Part shown: one piece after another, positions 1 through 13,459 of the stretch
Layout: each line of letters opens with the position of its first letter
Position numbering within the stretch: the stretch's first letter is position 1
NCBI GenBank assembly: GCA_004431415.1
Contig: QPMI01000026.1
Coordinates: 62,001-126,000 of the forward strand
Direction of reading: 5' to 3'
Origin: Cyanophora paradoxa CCMP329
Taxonomy: Eukaryota; Plantae; Glaucophyta
DNA: 64,000 bases
Translations under genes and position numbers: made by a program
The notes under the pieces: model-generated
The model's database searches: none
Told to the model about the DNA's origin: nothing
Seen by the model: only the letters and a program-made list of their open reading frames with translations

Positions 1-12
1 TAATCGATTCTG

Positions 13-1287
13 TCACTTGATCACTCTGAAATTGAAGATCACGTACCATGCGCCGGCGCTGTTAGGGTCTCTAGTCATGTAATTATACACATCACAAAGG
101 CTTTCGGTTGATGCACTAGCACTGTTGCACGTGTTTTCGAGATCAAGCTCCGCAAAGAGGCTTCTCGCATTTGAGGCAGGCGATGGTCCGCATGCGAATT
201 CAGAAGTCCAATTCCGCGGATTCAAGTCATTTGGACTGCACTGTGGAAGCATACCTCGGATGGCGATCGCAGCCGATCGCGACAGCCACAAGAATCTTTT
301 TACCTTTGACACTAGGCCAGCATCACTTGTCCGACCGCGGTCTGCGAACGCATATCCTAGCCAGTTGTAGGCAGCGTAAAGATAGCAAAAAGCCGCAGAA
401 TAGCCGACTGCGGTGGTGCCACCGCCTACACTGCTCTTTGCGTTCGCAGTCGCAAACCAAGCTTTGAGACCGCTATCACTGCCTGAGCTCCAGCATGATG
501 AGCCGTTCCAGATCAAACCGTAACCCATCAAAGAAGGAACCGCCGCCGCAAACCAGTTGGTTTTGTTGACAAGCCACGCGCGGTCGCCAACCCATCGACC
601 TATATTATCTGGGTCCTGCGCGAATATTAATATTAATTTCGATTCCGAACGCGTATACGTACGCTCGAAGATTTAACCTTAAGCTTTACGCACCCGCCCG
701 GGGAAAGGAGTGAAGGACGAAAAGGAGAAGTCCGTAGCACGAAATGCAGCCGCGGCCGCTGCGTTCGAACTCTATCGGAGGAGCGCAATCAAACGCGGTA
801 TAGAATTGGTAGTTGTCGCGATCGAATGGCAAGCGTACCGATGTGCTCTTCAAATCTATTGTTGTCATGCAAAAGTTATTGATTACGTCCCACTCTGCAG
901 AGGCCCATAGACATCATTTCATTGGCGTTATTCCTCGGCCAGCGGTCGAAGATTTCATCACTTACCACACCTGCGCAATCGATATCATCGATATCAGTCT
1001 AATCATCAGTCGCAATATATGTAGTTATATCAACGTCAGTCGAGTGACGCACAGCTGCAAATGTCCCGAGCTGGCTGTGCCGATCACAGCGAGGCGAACA
1101 TCAGACGATCCAGGAAATTGCGCGGCTCCGCCAAATGGAGAGAGCTGCTTCACCAGGTGAATCTTCCGAATATCACCTATCGATATTATCGACTGTATCA
1201 GGCGGGCAACGAAACGGCCACCGATCGCGATAAATCATGACCTGCTGGGTAGCTGGCCGCGCTCGCCGGCGCCGGCGCCGTCCCCAT
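13..1287 (-). CDS. Hypothetical multi-exon protein of unknown function
   Basis: The last exon (13-~615) is an open frame DPDNIGRWVGDRAWLVNKTNWF...WYVIFNFRVIK* preceded by a GTGCGT...CGCAG intron. Upstream exons can be joined (MGTAPAPASAASYPA, DIRKIHLVKQLSPF..., VVSDEIFDRWPRNN...). The start is uncertain and no family is recognised. Confidence 0.5.
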
Positions 1288-2801
1288 GTACAGTCCGCCG
1301 ATCACAAAGATGCACATTACAAGAAGCGGAGTAGCTTGTCGATCTAGATCTGCAGCAGCGTTGATGCCAATGAATCAATGCACATGCTTGGTGCAGTCTA
1401 CTTACGTTTGCGAGCACGTTTCCCGCGTCCACCCCGCCGCAAGAAGAGGAGGGGGTCAGCCGTCGACGTCGCCATATGCATGGCATGCGCAATTGCTACG
1501 ATGCGTATGGAGCTGCGAAAGCTACACGTGCACTTGCAGCCTGCAGCTGCAGCTGGCGCGCGTGAAAGGTCGTTCGTGCACTCGGCTTGAGTACTAGTCT
1601 AGCCAAATCTAGATTGATTTATATGTCGTGCTCTTGGCACTGCTGGGCTCAGCGGATAACGTTCGAACGGTTGACAGTGCAAGACTCCCTGACTGGGCCA
1701 CTCGCTCCGGCCCCGGCGGGCGGCGGCGGCCCGGCTCGCGCGCAGCTATTGCTCGGCGAGGGTGCTTTGCTGCAGTGCCGCCGCTCAGCGGCTGTGCCGG
1801 CGTGCTGCTGCAGTGCCACGGCAGTGAGTGCACGACCCGCACTGCGCAAGCTGGAGCTCTGGAGCCTGGAGCTCTGGAGCCTCTCAGTCTAGTCTCAGAC
1901 TCTGAGAGTCTGTGCCGCAGTGCAGTGCACTAGTACTGCGGCAGCTGCACTGGACCGTCGGACTACGGATCCCGTGATCCGGGAGTCGGGACTCGGGACC
2001 GGGACTCGGAGTCGGACCGGGAGGCTGCGGCGGGAGCCCGGCGGGAGGCTGCAGTGCCACTGCACTGACTCAGTGATCATGAGTGGCAGCAGTGCAGCCT
2101 GCAGCCGTTGAGCCTGCATCCGATGATCACTGAGTCATAGGCTGCAATATTAATGCCGCTGCATCATAACATTGTATGCGCAGGCTGAAGCCTTGAAGCC
2201 TTTTGCCCAAGTTGAAGCCGCTGAGCGGCCTGAGCCGCGGCCTTGACTCATCATGCTCACTGAGTCAGTGAACATCATGGCAATGATGGCATGCCATGAT
2301 GAAGGCTGCGCATGCAGCCTGCAGGCTGCAGGCTGCAGCTGTGCATGACTCAGCCCCGGGCCCCGCCGGGCCGCGGCCGGGCCGCCCGGGGCCGGCGCCG
2401 CGCGCGGCGCCGCGCCGGGCGCCTGCAGGCTGCAGGCTGGACTCGGGAGGCTGCAGGCTGCAGCTGCCGCAGTACTGTAAACCGTTGAACGTAGAAATGT
2501 TCGTCGAGACTTAATTTCGACAAAACCCGAAAATCCGATGATCGTGACGAAAATATGGTTCGACAGCATATGCATCGAATTTTCGTTAGCCTTAAGCTTG
2601 CGACTCCGCCATAGACGGGTCAGCCGTTAGTACCCCTCTCCATAAAACGGTTTCGTTCAAGAGTATCAAATATTCTTCAAAGTGCAGGTCTGACGAATAT
2701 ATCACTACGAGTTATGGCTCTATGGCGCGATTTCCGCCAATGCATGACCGCCATACAAACCTTTTTCCGAGTCAGGTCGTTTTCCCCATGCGCGGCGACT
2801 T

Positions 2802-3027
2802 GGAATTCGGTAATTAGGTAATTAGGGGTCTCAGGGGGAGTCTTTCGTCGACGAGGGGAGGGGTACAGTCTTTAAACTAGTTCCGGACAGCCCGAGCTAA
2901 TTAGCCGGAACTCGAGGAGGTCCGGCCCGACCTCCTCGAATTCCAAGCTAATTAGATTTTTACCGGTTCGAGGATCGTCCGCAAAAAAAGGTGCGTGTTC
3001 GACCTAATTACCTAACTACCTAATTCC
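2802..3027. mobile_element. MITE-like element with imperfect ~26-bp terminal inverted repeats
   Basis: GGAATTCGGTAATTAGGTAATTAGG at 2802 is inverted relative to CCTAATTACCTAACTACCTAATTCC ending at 3027. There is an internal hairpin (TCGAGGAGGTC...GACCTCCTCGA, ~2912-2939) and no coding capacity. Confidence 0.5.
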
Positions 3028-3054
3028 CGACTACGGCAAGTCCTACATTAGTGC

Positions 3055-3289
3055 ACGCATAATATTAAATTAATGCGCCCCCAATTTAATGCGTTTTCTG
3101 CCAGCAAAACGCATTAATTTGGGGGCGCATTAATATTGAAGCGCTAAGAAAACTACGGTCTGTACCCCCCCATACCCAGCCAAAAGGCTTCAAAACGCAT
3201 TAATTTGGTGCCGCATTAATAGCCACCAGAGGGGTCCGGATCCAAAAACGCATTAATATTGAGCGCATTAATATTGTGTTATACGGTAT
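3055..3289. mobile_element. Palindromic AT-rich DNA transposon end remnant
   Basis: Repeated GCATTAAT(A/T)TT motifs occur in both orientations, with a long palindrome at ~3068-3134. The segment ends in TATACGGTA, which resembles Tc1/mariner-pogo termini. Confidence 0.35.
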
Positions 3290-4029
3290 ACGTGCACCCA
3301 AGACTGGTCCCAAGTTTTATATAATTAGCAGTGGTAATTCACTGGTAAATAATTGCCGTAAATTGCCGAGAGTCTAGGGCTCCGGCCCGGGTCCTAAAAC
3401 CTGGACCCGCGACCCGCGGGTCGGGTCGACCCCCTGACCCGTGACCCACGGGTCCGACCCGGGTCGCTAGGGGGGGTACCGGTTGCGCCGCAAAACCGCT
3501 AAAACAACACGGGTTCGCTTCCGACAGAGACATTTCTGTCAGCGGCGCCCCGAACTCGGTCGGCAGCCAGTTGAGCGGCGCGGTCTTAGTCTTGTGGTTG
3601 CTCGGTTAGCTTCATAGCTATCGTGTGCATCATCCTCGTCGGCCCCCGTACTTTCTCTGGCGCAGCTCCGGTCGACGGCGTTTTGTGTGCCAAGTGCGAC
3701 GCAGCCTTCGTCCTCCTGAATCATTGGATCGATGTGAGGGCTAATGGCGTGCGCTCTTGGCCTCCCGCTGCTGCGCGTTCCCGTGCAGGTCGCGCAGCGG
3801 CCGCGCCGCTGATCATGATCGGACCGCTAGGGCGGCTAGAACATGCATGCAACGTTGGAGCATTGCCGCAGGATGCTCTTCCATGTGTCCAGCGAAGGCC
3901 GGCTCTCCATTGCTGGCCGCCGAGCGAAGGTGCGCATGCGGCGCCGGTGGCCGCGCCCCGCGGGAGTCTTGCCACGTGCGCCCTCCCTGCTGACTCTACG
4001 CTCTTTGTAGCCACACTACGCTCCCGCGG

Positions 4030-4720
4030 CGCGCAGCGGGCGGCGAGCGCGCCTCGTCGAAGCGCGCCGCGTTGTAACAGAGACCAGGCTGGACTACGGC
4101 CGAGCCAAGGTGCGGCGGCCGCGGGGCTGGGGCGCGGGCGCCGCGCGCGCTTCCGCGCGCTTTGAGCTGATGTATTCTCCTTCGCAGCGGGCGCTGGCGG
4201 CCCGACGCGCCGCGGGCGGTGAGCGCGCCTCGTCGTAACCGAGACCAGGCTGGACTACGGCCGAGCCAAGGTGCGGCGGCCGCGGGGCGGGGGCGCGGGC
4301 GCCGCGCGCGCTTCCGCGCGCTTTGAGCTGATGTATTCTCCTTCGCAGCGGGCGCTGGCGGCCCGACGCGCCGCGGGCGGTGAGCGCGCCTCGTCGTAAC
4401 CGAGACCAGGCTGGACTACGGCCGAGCCAAGGTGCGGCGGCCGCGGGGCGGGGGCGCGGGCGCCGCGCGCGCTTCCGCGCGCTTTGAGCTGATGTATTCT
4501 TTTTCGCAGCGGGCGCTGGCGGCCCGACGCGCCGCGGGCGGCGAGCGCGCCTCGTCGTAACCGAGACCAGGCTGTACTGCGGCCGAGCCAAGGTGCGGCG
4601 GCCGCGGGGCGGGGGCGCGGGCGCCGCGCGCGCTTCCGCGCGCTTTGAGCTGATGTATTCTCCTTCGCAGCGGGCGCTGGCGGCCCGACGCGCCGCGGGC
4701 GGCGAGCGCGCCTCGTCGTA
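4030..4720. repeat. Tandem repeat, 161-bp unit, ~4.3 copies
   Basis: AGACCAGGCTG recurs at 4081, 4242, 4403 and 4564, and the units are nearly identical. Confidence 0.92.
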
Positions 4721-5619
4721 GCCAGATGCCCCCTCCACGCACTGCCCCCCCCCCATGCCGCCGCCGAGTTGTTTCTGTCTGTTTTGAGCCGTGCATGTGT
4801 AACGATGAACATATTATTAAAGCTCGCTTGAATTGCTTTCCACAGATGTGTAGCTGTCGGGGCTCGCCAGACGCGGAGCACTGCCGATTCCAGCCCGCCA
4901 GAGAGCTTTGCTTGTTCCAGAGAGTGAATGAGTGAATCGGCAGTCAGGGCGTTGCGGGAGGGCCCTTCAACGCTATAATATATATATCTTATAATATCTA
5001 TTTAAACGCATCTATAACGCTATCCTAAGAGCGCGGGCTGTCTGAATAAAGTGGCAGAAAATTACGGCTTCAAGGGCTTCTAGAGTCGCCAGAAGGCTAG
5101 ACTACGCCATACAGTTGTTCAAGTCACTTTGGGCTGGAAGGAGGGGAGTTTCGGACCATTTTATTCCCAGCGCTTCACCAGCGCCCCTGCAGCATCTAAT
5201 AATGTAATAAAATGTAATATAAGCTTAAATAGAACCTATCTAGTTCTTTTGGGGGGCCGGCTGCCGCAGTGCCGACTACTCAGTGACTTTGCATCTGCAG
5301 CTTCATGATCATGATCATCTAGATCTGCAGCCCGCGGCCGCGGCCCGCCCCAAGTACGTTCCCATTCCCATTCAGCTGTACAGCACTTGCGCTTGCTCTT
5401 GCTCATATTTACTTGCTAGCTGCTGGCGCATGGCGCCGAGGGCCGGGGCGCGGCGCGGGGGGGGAAGGGGTGACCAAGTCAACAGGGGAGGGAGAGAAGG
5501 CCAAGCCCGAGGCGGCGGGAGAGGCCGAGCCCGAGGCGGCGGGAGAGGCTGAGCTAGATGCGGCGGGCGACACCGAGCTGAAGGAGGCGGGTGGAGCCGA
5601 GCTTGCGAGTTCTTGAGCG

Positions 5620-6060
5620 GCGGCGGCTCGCCGCCCGGGGTGGAGGCGCGGCGGGCGGCGGCGGGGCTTCCCGCACGGAGCGGAGGCGCGGCGGGCCCCG
5701 GGGCGGCGGAGGGGCTCGCCGCATGGGGCGGGGACGCGGCGGGCGGCGGCGGGGCTCGCCGCACGGAGCGGAGGCGCGGCGGGCGGCGGCGGGGCTCGCC
5801 GCACGGGAGGAGGCGCGGCGGGCGGCGGAGGGGCTCGCCGCACGGAGCGGAGGCGCGGCGGGCGGCGGCGGGGCTCGCCGCACGGGCGGAGGCGCGGCGG
5901 GCGGCGGCGGGGCTCGCCGCACGGAGCGGAGGCGCGGCGGGCGGCGGCGGGGCTCGCCGCACGGGGCGGAGGCACGGCGGGCGGCGGCGGGGCTCGCCGC
6001 ACGGGAGGAGGCGCGGCGGGCGGCGGCGGGGCTCGCCGCACGGGGCGGGGACGCGCGCGG
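5620..6060. repeat. GC-rich minisatellite, ~39-bp unit, ~11 copies
   Basis: Repeats of GGCGCGGCGGGCGGCGGCGGGGCTCGCCGCACGGAGCGGA. Confidence 0.9.
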
Positions 6061-6119
6061 CGGGCGGGGGCGGGGGCGGGGGCTCACCATGCCAGCGGGC
6101 CCGAACTCCCGGCTGCGAG

Positions 6120-6391
6120 CTGCGAGGCATGCTTCGACTTCAGATGGTCGAGCGGATTCTTTGTGCCGCTGTCAGGGCCGAACTTCCAGTGGGGCCGGGC
6201 TGCCGCGGGCCTGGTGGGCAGAGCTTGCAATACGTTCTGATCTCGCCTGGCTGGCCGTTGACTACCTCCTGCCGCACGCCGAGGTGATTCCACACCTCCG
6301 GGAACGCCGAACGCTTCTGTCCCGCGGGAACGAGGTCCGGCCTCTCTTTGTAGGTGATCTCTTGGTGCCTCTGCTGTGGTGCTGCCGCCAT
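6120..6391 (-). pseudogene. BED zinc finger, N-terminal remnant of a hAT transposase (frameshifted)
   Basis: EVWNHLG...TYCKLC lies in one frame and KFGPDSGTKNPLDHLKSKH in another. Together they match the W-x-H...CxxC...GTxNxxxHLxxxH BED pattern. Confidence 0.75.
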
Positions 6392-7731
6392 CGCTGCGCG
6401 CTGCTTTCGCTGCCGCCATCTCTGCGGGGCCACCGGGAACCCCCTCGCACGGATCCGACCCTTTGTAAGGACCCGACCCGCCGGGTCACCACCTTGACCC
6501 GTGACCCGCGGGTCAGGCGACCCACGGGTCCACCCGCGGGTCGGGCGACCCGGGCCGGAGCCCTAGGGCCCGAGAGGCCAAATTCGCTAATTTAGCATAC
6601 AAACTTTTGGCGCGGTAATTTGGTACCGCGGTATACGTACTTACTAAGTTAAGTGGGCCTTTTTTGGCCCGGTAATTTGGGCCCGGTATTTCTGCCAGGC
6701 TGTGTTCTACGGTAATACGGTAGTACGGTACTAGTGCACGACGACTGCACGTGCCGGCGCCACGTGGCATGCGCAGGCCCTGGCCTGGGCCTGACTCAGT
6801 GACTCATGATCAGCTGCAGTGAGGCTGGCAGCTTTCATGAATCCAACTGGCAAGTTCAAACTTCAAAGTTCCCCTTCGATTTCGCGAATCTTGCCATTGG
6901 AAGACTTCAAGGCTTAGTACTAAGTTAGTAGCGTCACTCACTGCTCGCCGCCGGGCCGGAAAAAAATTCTCTGCTCAAAACGTTGCAACTAGCCGGCTTG
7001 TGATACACAAGCACCGCCTGAGGTCCGCCTCTTGCCGACAGCAGCGCCCTGCGGTGCTCGCCGACACGCTCCTAGCCCCCGGTAGCATGGTGGCAGCACC
7101 TACGACGGCTTTGCGCTAGCTCCCGGCGCGCGACCCATCTCGCGTGCACCGTCTTGCAACTTCCGCGCAGCCAGGTCGCTCGCAAGCGCAACCAACGTTC
7201 TCAGCGTGTTAGATAAGGTCGGGATCGCACCTTGCCGCGTCCCCGGTCGAGCCGTGTGAGCTTCGGACCGTCGGCAGGCGACGAGCACCTTCGGCCGCCC
7301 GCGGGGCCGGCCGGCCGCCCGCCGCGCGCCTCGTATCGATCCTGCCGCTCATAGCTAGTGCAGGCATCACTAATGAGTGCGTGGTGAAGCCCTGCGCGCA
7401 CCCCCTCGCACACTCCGCGCCCTGACCGACCCGCCGCTCGAGCTCGCAGGCCCTGCGCCGCCGAGGCATCTTTCGCCGTCGCGGCGGCCGCTCACCGCTC
7501 GCCCGCATCGCTTAGGCCCGGGAACGCCCCGCCTGCGTGTCCTGCCGCGCCTCAGGCAGATGCGCGCTCGTGTGCAATCAAGCATGTCATGCGGTTCCAG
7601 ATGGCATGGCTGCGACGGCGGGGCGGTGCGGGCTGAGATGTCTAGGGCCATGAGAGACATCTAGAGCACGCGCAGAGCCCGCGTACGGGCGGCAGCACGC
7701 ACCCCCCGCGCCAGCGGCACCTGCTCCAGTG

Positions 7732-8040
7732 GGGGGGTGGCACCTGGCAGATTCGATTTCGCTGCTTACTGCGAGGGCCGCCGGGCCGACGCTAACGCAG
7801 ATCGATGCACAATTTAAAAGAGCATGCGCAGCTGGAGCGCGGCCCCGGCGCATGCATCCGCAGCGGAGATCGCCTGCTTCTCCAGAAGGCTTGGGGTGGG
7901 GGCACCTGCGCGATTTGATTTCGCTCCACACAGCAAGGGTTCGCTGGGCCGCCGCTAGCGCAGATCGATGCACACCTTGATAGAGCATGTGCGTATGCAT
8001 CGCGGCCCGGAGCGGTGCATCCTTAGTGGAGATCGCTTGA
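7732..8040. repeat. Degenerate direct repeat, two ~160-bp units
   Basis: GGCACCTG..GATTTCGCT..GCAGATCGATGCACA..AGAGCATG..GGAGATCGC occurs at ~7739-7872 and again at ~7901-8036. Confidence 0.7.
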
Positions 8041-10529
8041 TCACAGTCAGTGAGCTAGTGAGAGCTAGTGAGTTTCTGGGCGACGGGCTGGCCCCAGCGG
8101 CCCGCTCTTTGAGCCACAATCATTATCACATGTAGTTATATCACTGCTCCAAGATACAGGGTGATCCGAAGTGTTTTCGGGCCCCACCGGTGTTTCGAGC
8201 TTTACTCGTAGGACCCTCTCTGGTACTTTCTAGTTTTCAAGTTCCAAAATGCCACCCCGACCTGCTCATGATGCCTTATTGAAGCATCTACTCACTCAGC
8301 AGCGGTGATTTCACGTCCCCGGGGGTTTTCGAGGGTGCTGAAGACGATGGTGGTGGTACCGAAGGCCGCCGATTTAAGCCTGGGCCCGAATTCAAAATCC
8401 ACTGCAACTTGGGGCCCCACATGCCCTCAGGACGATTCTCGCCCGCCCGGTTGCAGACAGCGCCCGGGAAGCGAGATATACATCATATATATGCATTTAC
8501 AGCATTTTGCATGCTTAACAGAGCGCTCGCTGGCCCAGACGGCGCAGGCGGGGCAGGTTTCTCGAGAATCACGATCTCATTATCAAGATCTCAGGACGCT
8601 GGCGAGCTACTGGCGCTCTACCGACAGAGCGCTGAACAGAGAGAGAAGGCGGGGCGGAGGGGGCCGCAGCCCGGGAGGGCCGCAGAGGAGGGGGGGGATG
8701 CAGCCCCGCTAAGGTGGTGGTGCAGTCTAGCTGCCCCTCTCGAATCCCGCCGCCGGCTGCTGCCGCCTACGCCGCGCGGAGCCTCATCGCTCTGCGCGAG
8801 AGCCGCGGGTGGCGACATCAGCGGGCGCACTGGGCGGGCGGGCGTGCGCGCGCGGCGCAGGCAGGCGCACCGATCTCCAAGAGCGCTCGCTGCTCCGGTT
8901 GCTGCTGCCGGCGCTCAGGTGCTTCTATCGAGAACGAAAGCTCCTTTTCGGCTCCTTTTGCTGCGCGGAAACCGTTCAGCGGCGCGGTGGCGGGCGGGCG
9001 CGGTGGCGCGCAAGCGCGGGGCCCTCACCTCGTTCTCGGCGGTCGATCCTGAGCTTCCTGGACGATAAGCCAGCTTCACCGGCAGTTCTAGACGGTCGGA
9101 AAGTCAGCGCGGATGCGTCTGAGACGAAGCGAGCGGCGAGGGATGCGCACCGGCGTGACCGGGAGCCGCCACCGGGGCGCCGGAGCTCGGCGGTTGCACC
9201 GCGCTAGCTGCGACGCGTGGGGGGTCACCCGGACGAAGCGAAACGCCCCGCGGACGGGCCGAGAGCCCCGCGCCACACTATGCAGAATAGCTTCGAAACC
9301 ACACTCCGCACACATGGCAACGCTGTCACAGCCCACCCAACGCGCTGAGTCAAGAAAGGTGCAGCGAACCTCGTGCCAGAGCGAGCTCTCCTTGATCTTG
9401 TGTTGAATCCGCGGCGTGGGCGCCCTTCTCCGCGTTCCGAGAGCGGTAGGATGCATCCTAGTACGGTTGACAATGCTCCGGCACCGCCCTGTAGCCCGAC
9501 GAAGGCGCGGTCTCTGCTGACGAGGCGGAGCGGGTCACGGGCCGCGGGCGGCGCGGGCGGGCGTTCTTAACGAGGAACCACTCTTTTTAGACCCTCAATA
9601 GTTGTTCCAGACGCTGCTGGCTCGAAAAAGGGGGCACGGGGCGGCCCGGGACGGGAACCGACCCCGAGTGGCCCGAAATCGCCCGGCCAGGCGCTCGAAG
9701 TGCTGTGGTGGGCTCTCCGATACTACTACTGCGAGCGCAGCGCCCCCGGCGCTCACGCCGGCTTCCGGCCGCGGCTGGTCAACAAAGATTTGGGGTACAC
9801 CTTGCTTCGTTCTCCAAGTCGCGGATTTCTGAGGGGCTTGGCGTGCAGTGCTGTAGCGATATCGATTGCCGATTGCCGATCGATCGGATCCGGATCCGGA
9901 TTCCGGATTCGCAATCGCGATTTCGATCATCGCGATCGTACTGCAAGTTAATTAATATTTGCAACCGGGCAGAAACCCTACGCGCTGGCGATCGCGAATC
10001 GCGATTGCGATTCGCCAACTTGGCAAGTTTGAACTTTCAAATATTAATAGGAATATGTACACGAAATTCCTAAATTGACGTCGACGAATAAAACTTGAAA
10101 GTTGATCGTCGGGGCCTCGTCCTCGACATCCAATCAGAACCGGACCTGAAATAGCGAACACATGAATGTGGAGGTTTGGACTCCGGGATTCGTCTCATAT
10201 GCGTGACGGGTCACGGGTGCCCGTACCCGGTCCAGTCCAGTGCCCCCCCCCCCCACACCCCCCCTCGATCCCCCCCCACACCCCTAGGGCCCTAGCCGGC
10301 ATGCGCACATTAAATATTTGCAGTGACCCCCGGCCCGCGGCAGGCCCGCGCTAAGCCGCCGGCCCGGCGGGCCGGGCGCCGGCACAATGGCAGTACTACG
10401 TATACTAGCTATAGCTATAGTGCCCCCCGCGCTCGAGCTCATTGTAATTACAACTACATGAATCCCTCTCCAGCCGCGGCCCGCGGCCCGCGGCGCAACA
10501 TTATATTACCATGGCCAAGTTAATGAACT

Positions 10530-10885
10530 CCTGTACATGTACATGTACGTATACGTATACGTATATATACATGTACATATGCATGTGACAGGTCGGGGTC
10601 CGGAACACGGGATCCGGAAATCGAACCCGGCCGGCGCCCGCGGACCGCGCGCGGCCGATCGATATCGCGAGCTCGAGCTTGATTGATATCGAGTCCGTAC
10701 GTATACACGTATATATATATACGTATACGTACAGCGCATGCATGCGCCTGCGCATGCACTGCCGCAGTGCGCCCGCATGCATATATATGGCGCCGGCATG
10801 CATATGCACGTTTCGACATGAACCCTCGACAGGCATGCGCATTTGCATGCATATGCATGTGCATGCGCAGCTATGCGCATGCATG
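10530..10885. repeat. Alternating purine-pyrimidine low-complexity tract (GTAC/GCAT/TATA)
   Basis: Runs such as GTACATGTACATGTACGTATACGTATAC and GCATGCATATGCATGTGCATGC. Confidence 0.75.
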
Positions 10886-11165
10886 GCATTTTTCTAGTAG
10901 TACTGTTTCAAGTTTTCTGTGAGACGGACTCGACCTCGAAATTTGCAAGGAGATCTGTGATAGCGCTTTAAAAGTTGCAGTACTAGTCCAGGCACCGCTT
11001 TAATTTACGACAAATGCCTGACAAATAAAGCTGAAGAGCTTATAATTAAAGTTACGGCTCCGAAGTCCATTCAAACACTGCAGCTGGCCATGATCATGAC
11101 TCACTGAAGGAGTAAAAAGTCCGCCGTTGGCCTCGTATATGTGCACGCACGCCGGAGCCCAGGGC

Positions 11166-13428
11166 TCAGGCCGCGCCGCCGCCGCCGCCGCCGCCCGCGG
11201 CCGCTGCGGCAGCCGGGCCCCGGCCCTTGGCCCCCCGCTGCCCCTCCTTAAGCTTCCCCTTCTCCTTTTCCGGGGAGGGGGAGGGGGCGGCCTCCTCGCG
11301 ATCGGGGTCGACGGCGAAGGAGGGCTGGCCCGTCGCCGCCACCAGCCGCGCCCAGAGCCGCCCTGCCCGCGGCGAAGCGAGCCCCTCAGCGAGGCCTGAG
11401 GGCTCAGAGTGGCCTCGAGCTCGTGAGAGGCATCTTCGACTCGACTCGCCGTCCCTCTAGAGCTGCAGCCCGCGGCCGGGCGCACTCTCTTGAGCGTGGT
11501 CTCTAGACCTCTAGAGCTCTTAGGGCGGTCTCTTAAGAGAGCAAGGAGTCTCTCAAGCATTCGGTTCCACTAGCACTCGCTCTTTTTTTCGATTCTAGCG
11601 GTTTTCAGTTCTAGTGGGCAGCGCGGGCGCACCGGTGGGGTCGATGCGCTGGGGCGGCCCCGTGATGTCCTCCATCCTGCAGGCCCGGGGGCGTCGGGGG
11701 GGCGAGGGTGGGGGCGAGGGGCGAGGGGAGGGGGCGGGCAGGAGGGGAAAGGGGGTCGGCCGCGGCTCTATTATCAGAAGTTGCAGCGGCGTCGGACCGC
11801 ACCGCCGTGCACGCGGCGCCGGGCGAGGCGGGAGGGGGCGGGGGCGGGGGAGGGGGCCGGGGGCCGGGGGGGCGCGCGGCAGCAGGATAAGGCGCTAGAT
11901 CTAGATATCGAGATTCTAGATTCTAGATCTAGATCTAGACCGAGATCTGCAAATAAAGCAACGCGATAATGTGAAAGCTTAAGGGCGTTTAATCTATACG
12001 ATAGAATCGGGGGGCGGGGCTAATGTGATATCTAATGTGAAAGGCGTCTACTGTATGCTTCGGGGCGCGCGCACGGGAGGAGGACGAGGCGCTGATTGAC
12101 GGTCCCCGTCGTGAACCCTGCCGAGGGCGGGACGGGGGCGCTCGGCGGGGCGGGACGCGGGATGGACGGGGCGCAGACAGCGCGATATTCTAGATCCTAG
12201 CGGAGCGGGGGCGGGACGCGGGATGGACGGGGCGGGGCGGGGCGGGGCGGGACGCGGGATGGATGCATCCTAGCGGAGCGGAGCAAGGCGGGGCGGGGCG
12301 GGGCGGGGCGGGGCCTGGGGCGCACCGGTGTAGCCGGACATGGCGCCGTGCACCGCCGACTGCGCCAGCTGGGCCTGCGCCGCCGCCCCCCGCCCCGCGT
12401 CTCACGATCAGCCACGAAAAGCCTAGCCTAACCTAGCCTAGCCTAGCCGAGCCTGCGGCGAGGGGGCGGGGCCGGCGCGCGTTCGCCGCCTCGTAATAAT
12501 CGGCAGCCAAGCCTAGCCTAGAGCCTAGCGTAGCCCCCGGCGAGGGGGCGGGGCAGGCGGGCGCACGCAGAGCCTAGCCTAGCCTAGCCTGGCCTAGCCT
12601 AGCCTGGCCTAGCCTAGAGCCTAGCGTAGCCTCCGGCAAGGGGCCGGCACGGGGGCGCACACAGAGCCTAGCCTAGCCTATCCTGGCCTAGCCTAGCCTG
12701 GCCTAGCCTAGAGCCTAGCCACACGCTGAGAGGCGGGGGAGGGGCAGGCGGGCGCACGCAGAGCATGTTGTCGCTGCCCGTGGCCCCGATCGTGCGGATC
12801 ACTGCGCGCGGGGGAGGCCGCCGCGAAGTCAGCCATGGGGCGGCGAGGGACCAGCTAGGCCCGGAGGCGACTAGCTAGGCCTAGCTAGGCTAGGACTAGC
12901 TAGCGACTAGCTAGGCCCTACAGGGAGATGCGTTTCTATCTAATTTCTATCTAATCGACGGCGTTTCGGGCCGGGGGCCGGGGCCCGGGGGGCGCACTGT
13001 AGGTGGGGTCGATGTACTTCACATTGACCTGCGGGCCCGCGCGTGAGGCGGGGGCCGGGGAAGGGGCGGGCGGGGGAGAGTTCTTCATGCTTCAGAGGCC
13101 GGGGAGGGAGGCTTCAGGGGGCGGGGGAGGGGGAGGGGGCGGGGCGGGGCGGGGCGGGGGCTGGCCTCGGTCTTCAGGGCGGCGAAGTGCTCGTTGATCT
13201 GCGCGCGAGTCAGGACCAAGGACCGTAGGCTGGACGCTTAATTTTCTTAAGCTGCTAGGACCAAGGACAAGGCGGTCAGGACCAAGGCCAAGGCGGTGGG
13301 CCGAGGGCCGTCGCAGGACGGCGGGGAGGCGAGAGAAAAGGGGAGAGGAAGGGGTGCAGGGGAGGCGGATAGACTCGGCGGCGGTTAAGCAAGAGAGCAG
13401 GAAGGCTATGCCCGGGGCGGGGGAAGAA

Positions 13429-13459
<31 letters not shown>

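Larger units (their letters stand above)
3375..6565 (-). mobile_element. Non-autonomous hAT-superfamily DNA transposon
   Basis: Perfect 19-bp TIRs TAGGGCTCCGGCCCGGGTC (3375-3393) and its reverse complement (6547-6565). Both subterminal regions are packed with GACCC(G) motifs, and a BED finger remnant lies near the right end. No 8-bp TSD is visible. Confidence 0.8.

Noticed and set aside
4030-6060. Tandem arrays and the long Arg/Pro/Gly ORFs over them as CRISPR arrays or genes
   Set aside because: Units are contiguous without unique spacers, the context is eukaryotic, and the ORFs result from GC-rich repeats lacking stops.
8550-9930. Possible minus-strand multi-exon gene or decayed transposase
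   Set aside because: There are some exon-like segments, but no consistent frame or recognisable motif.
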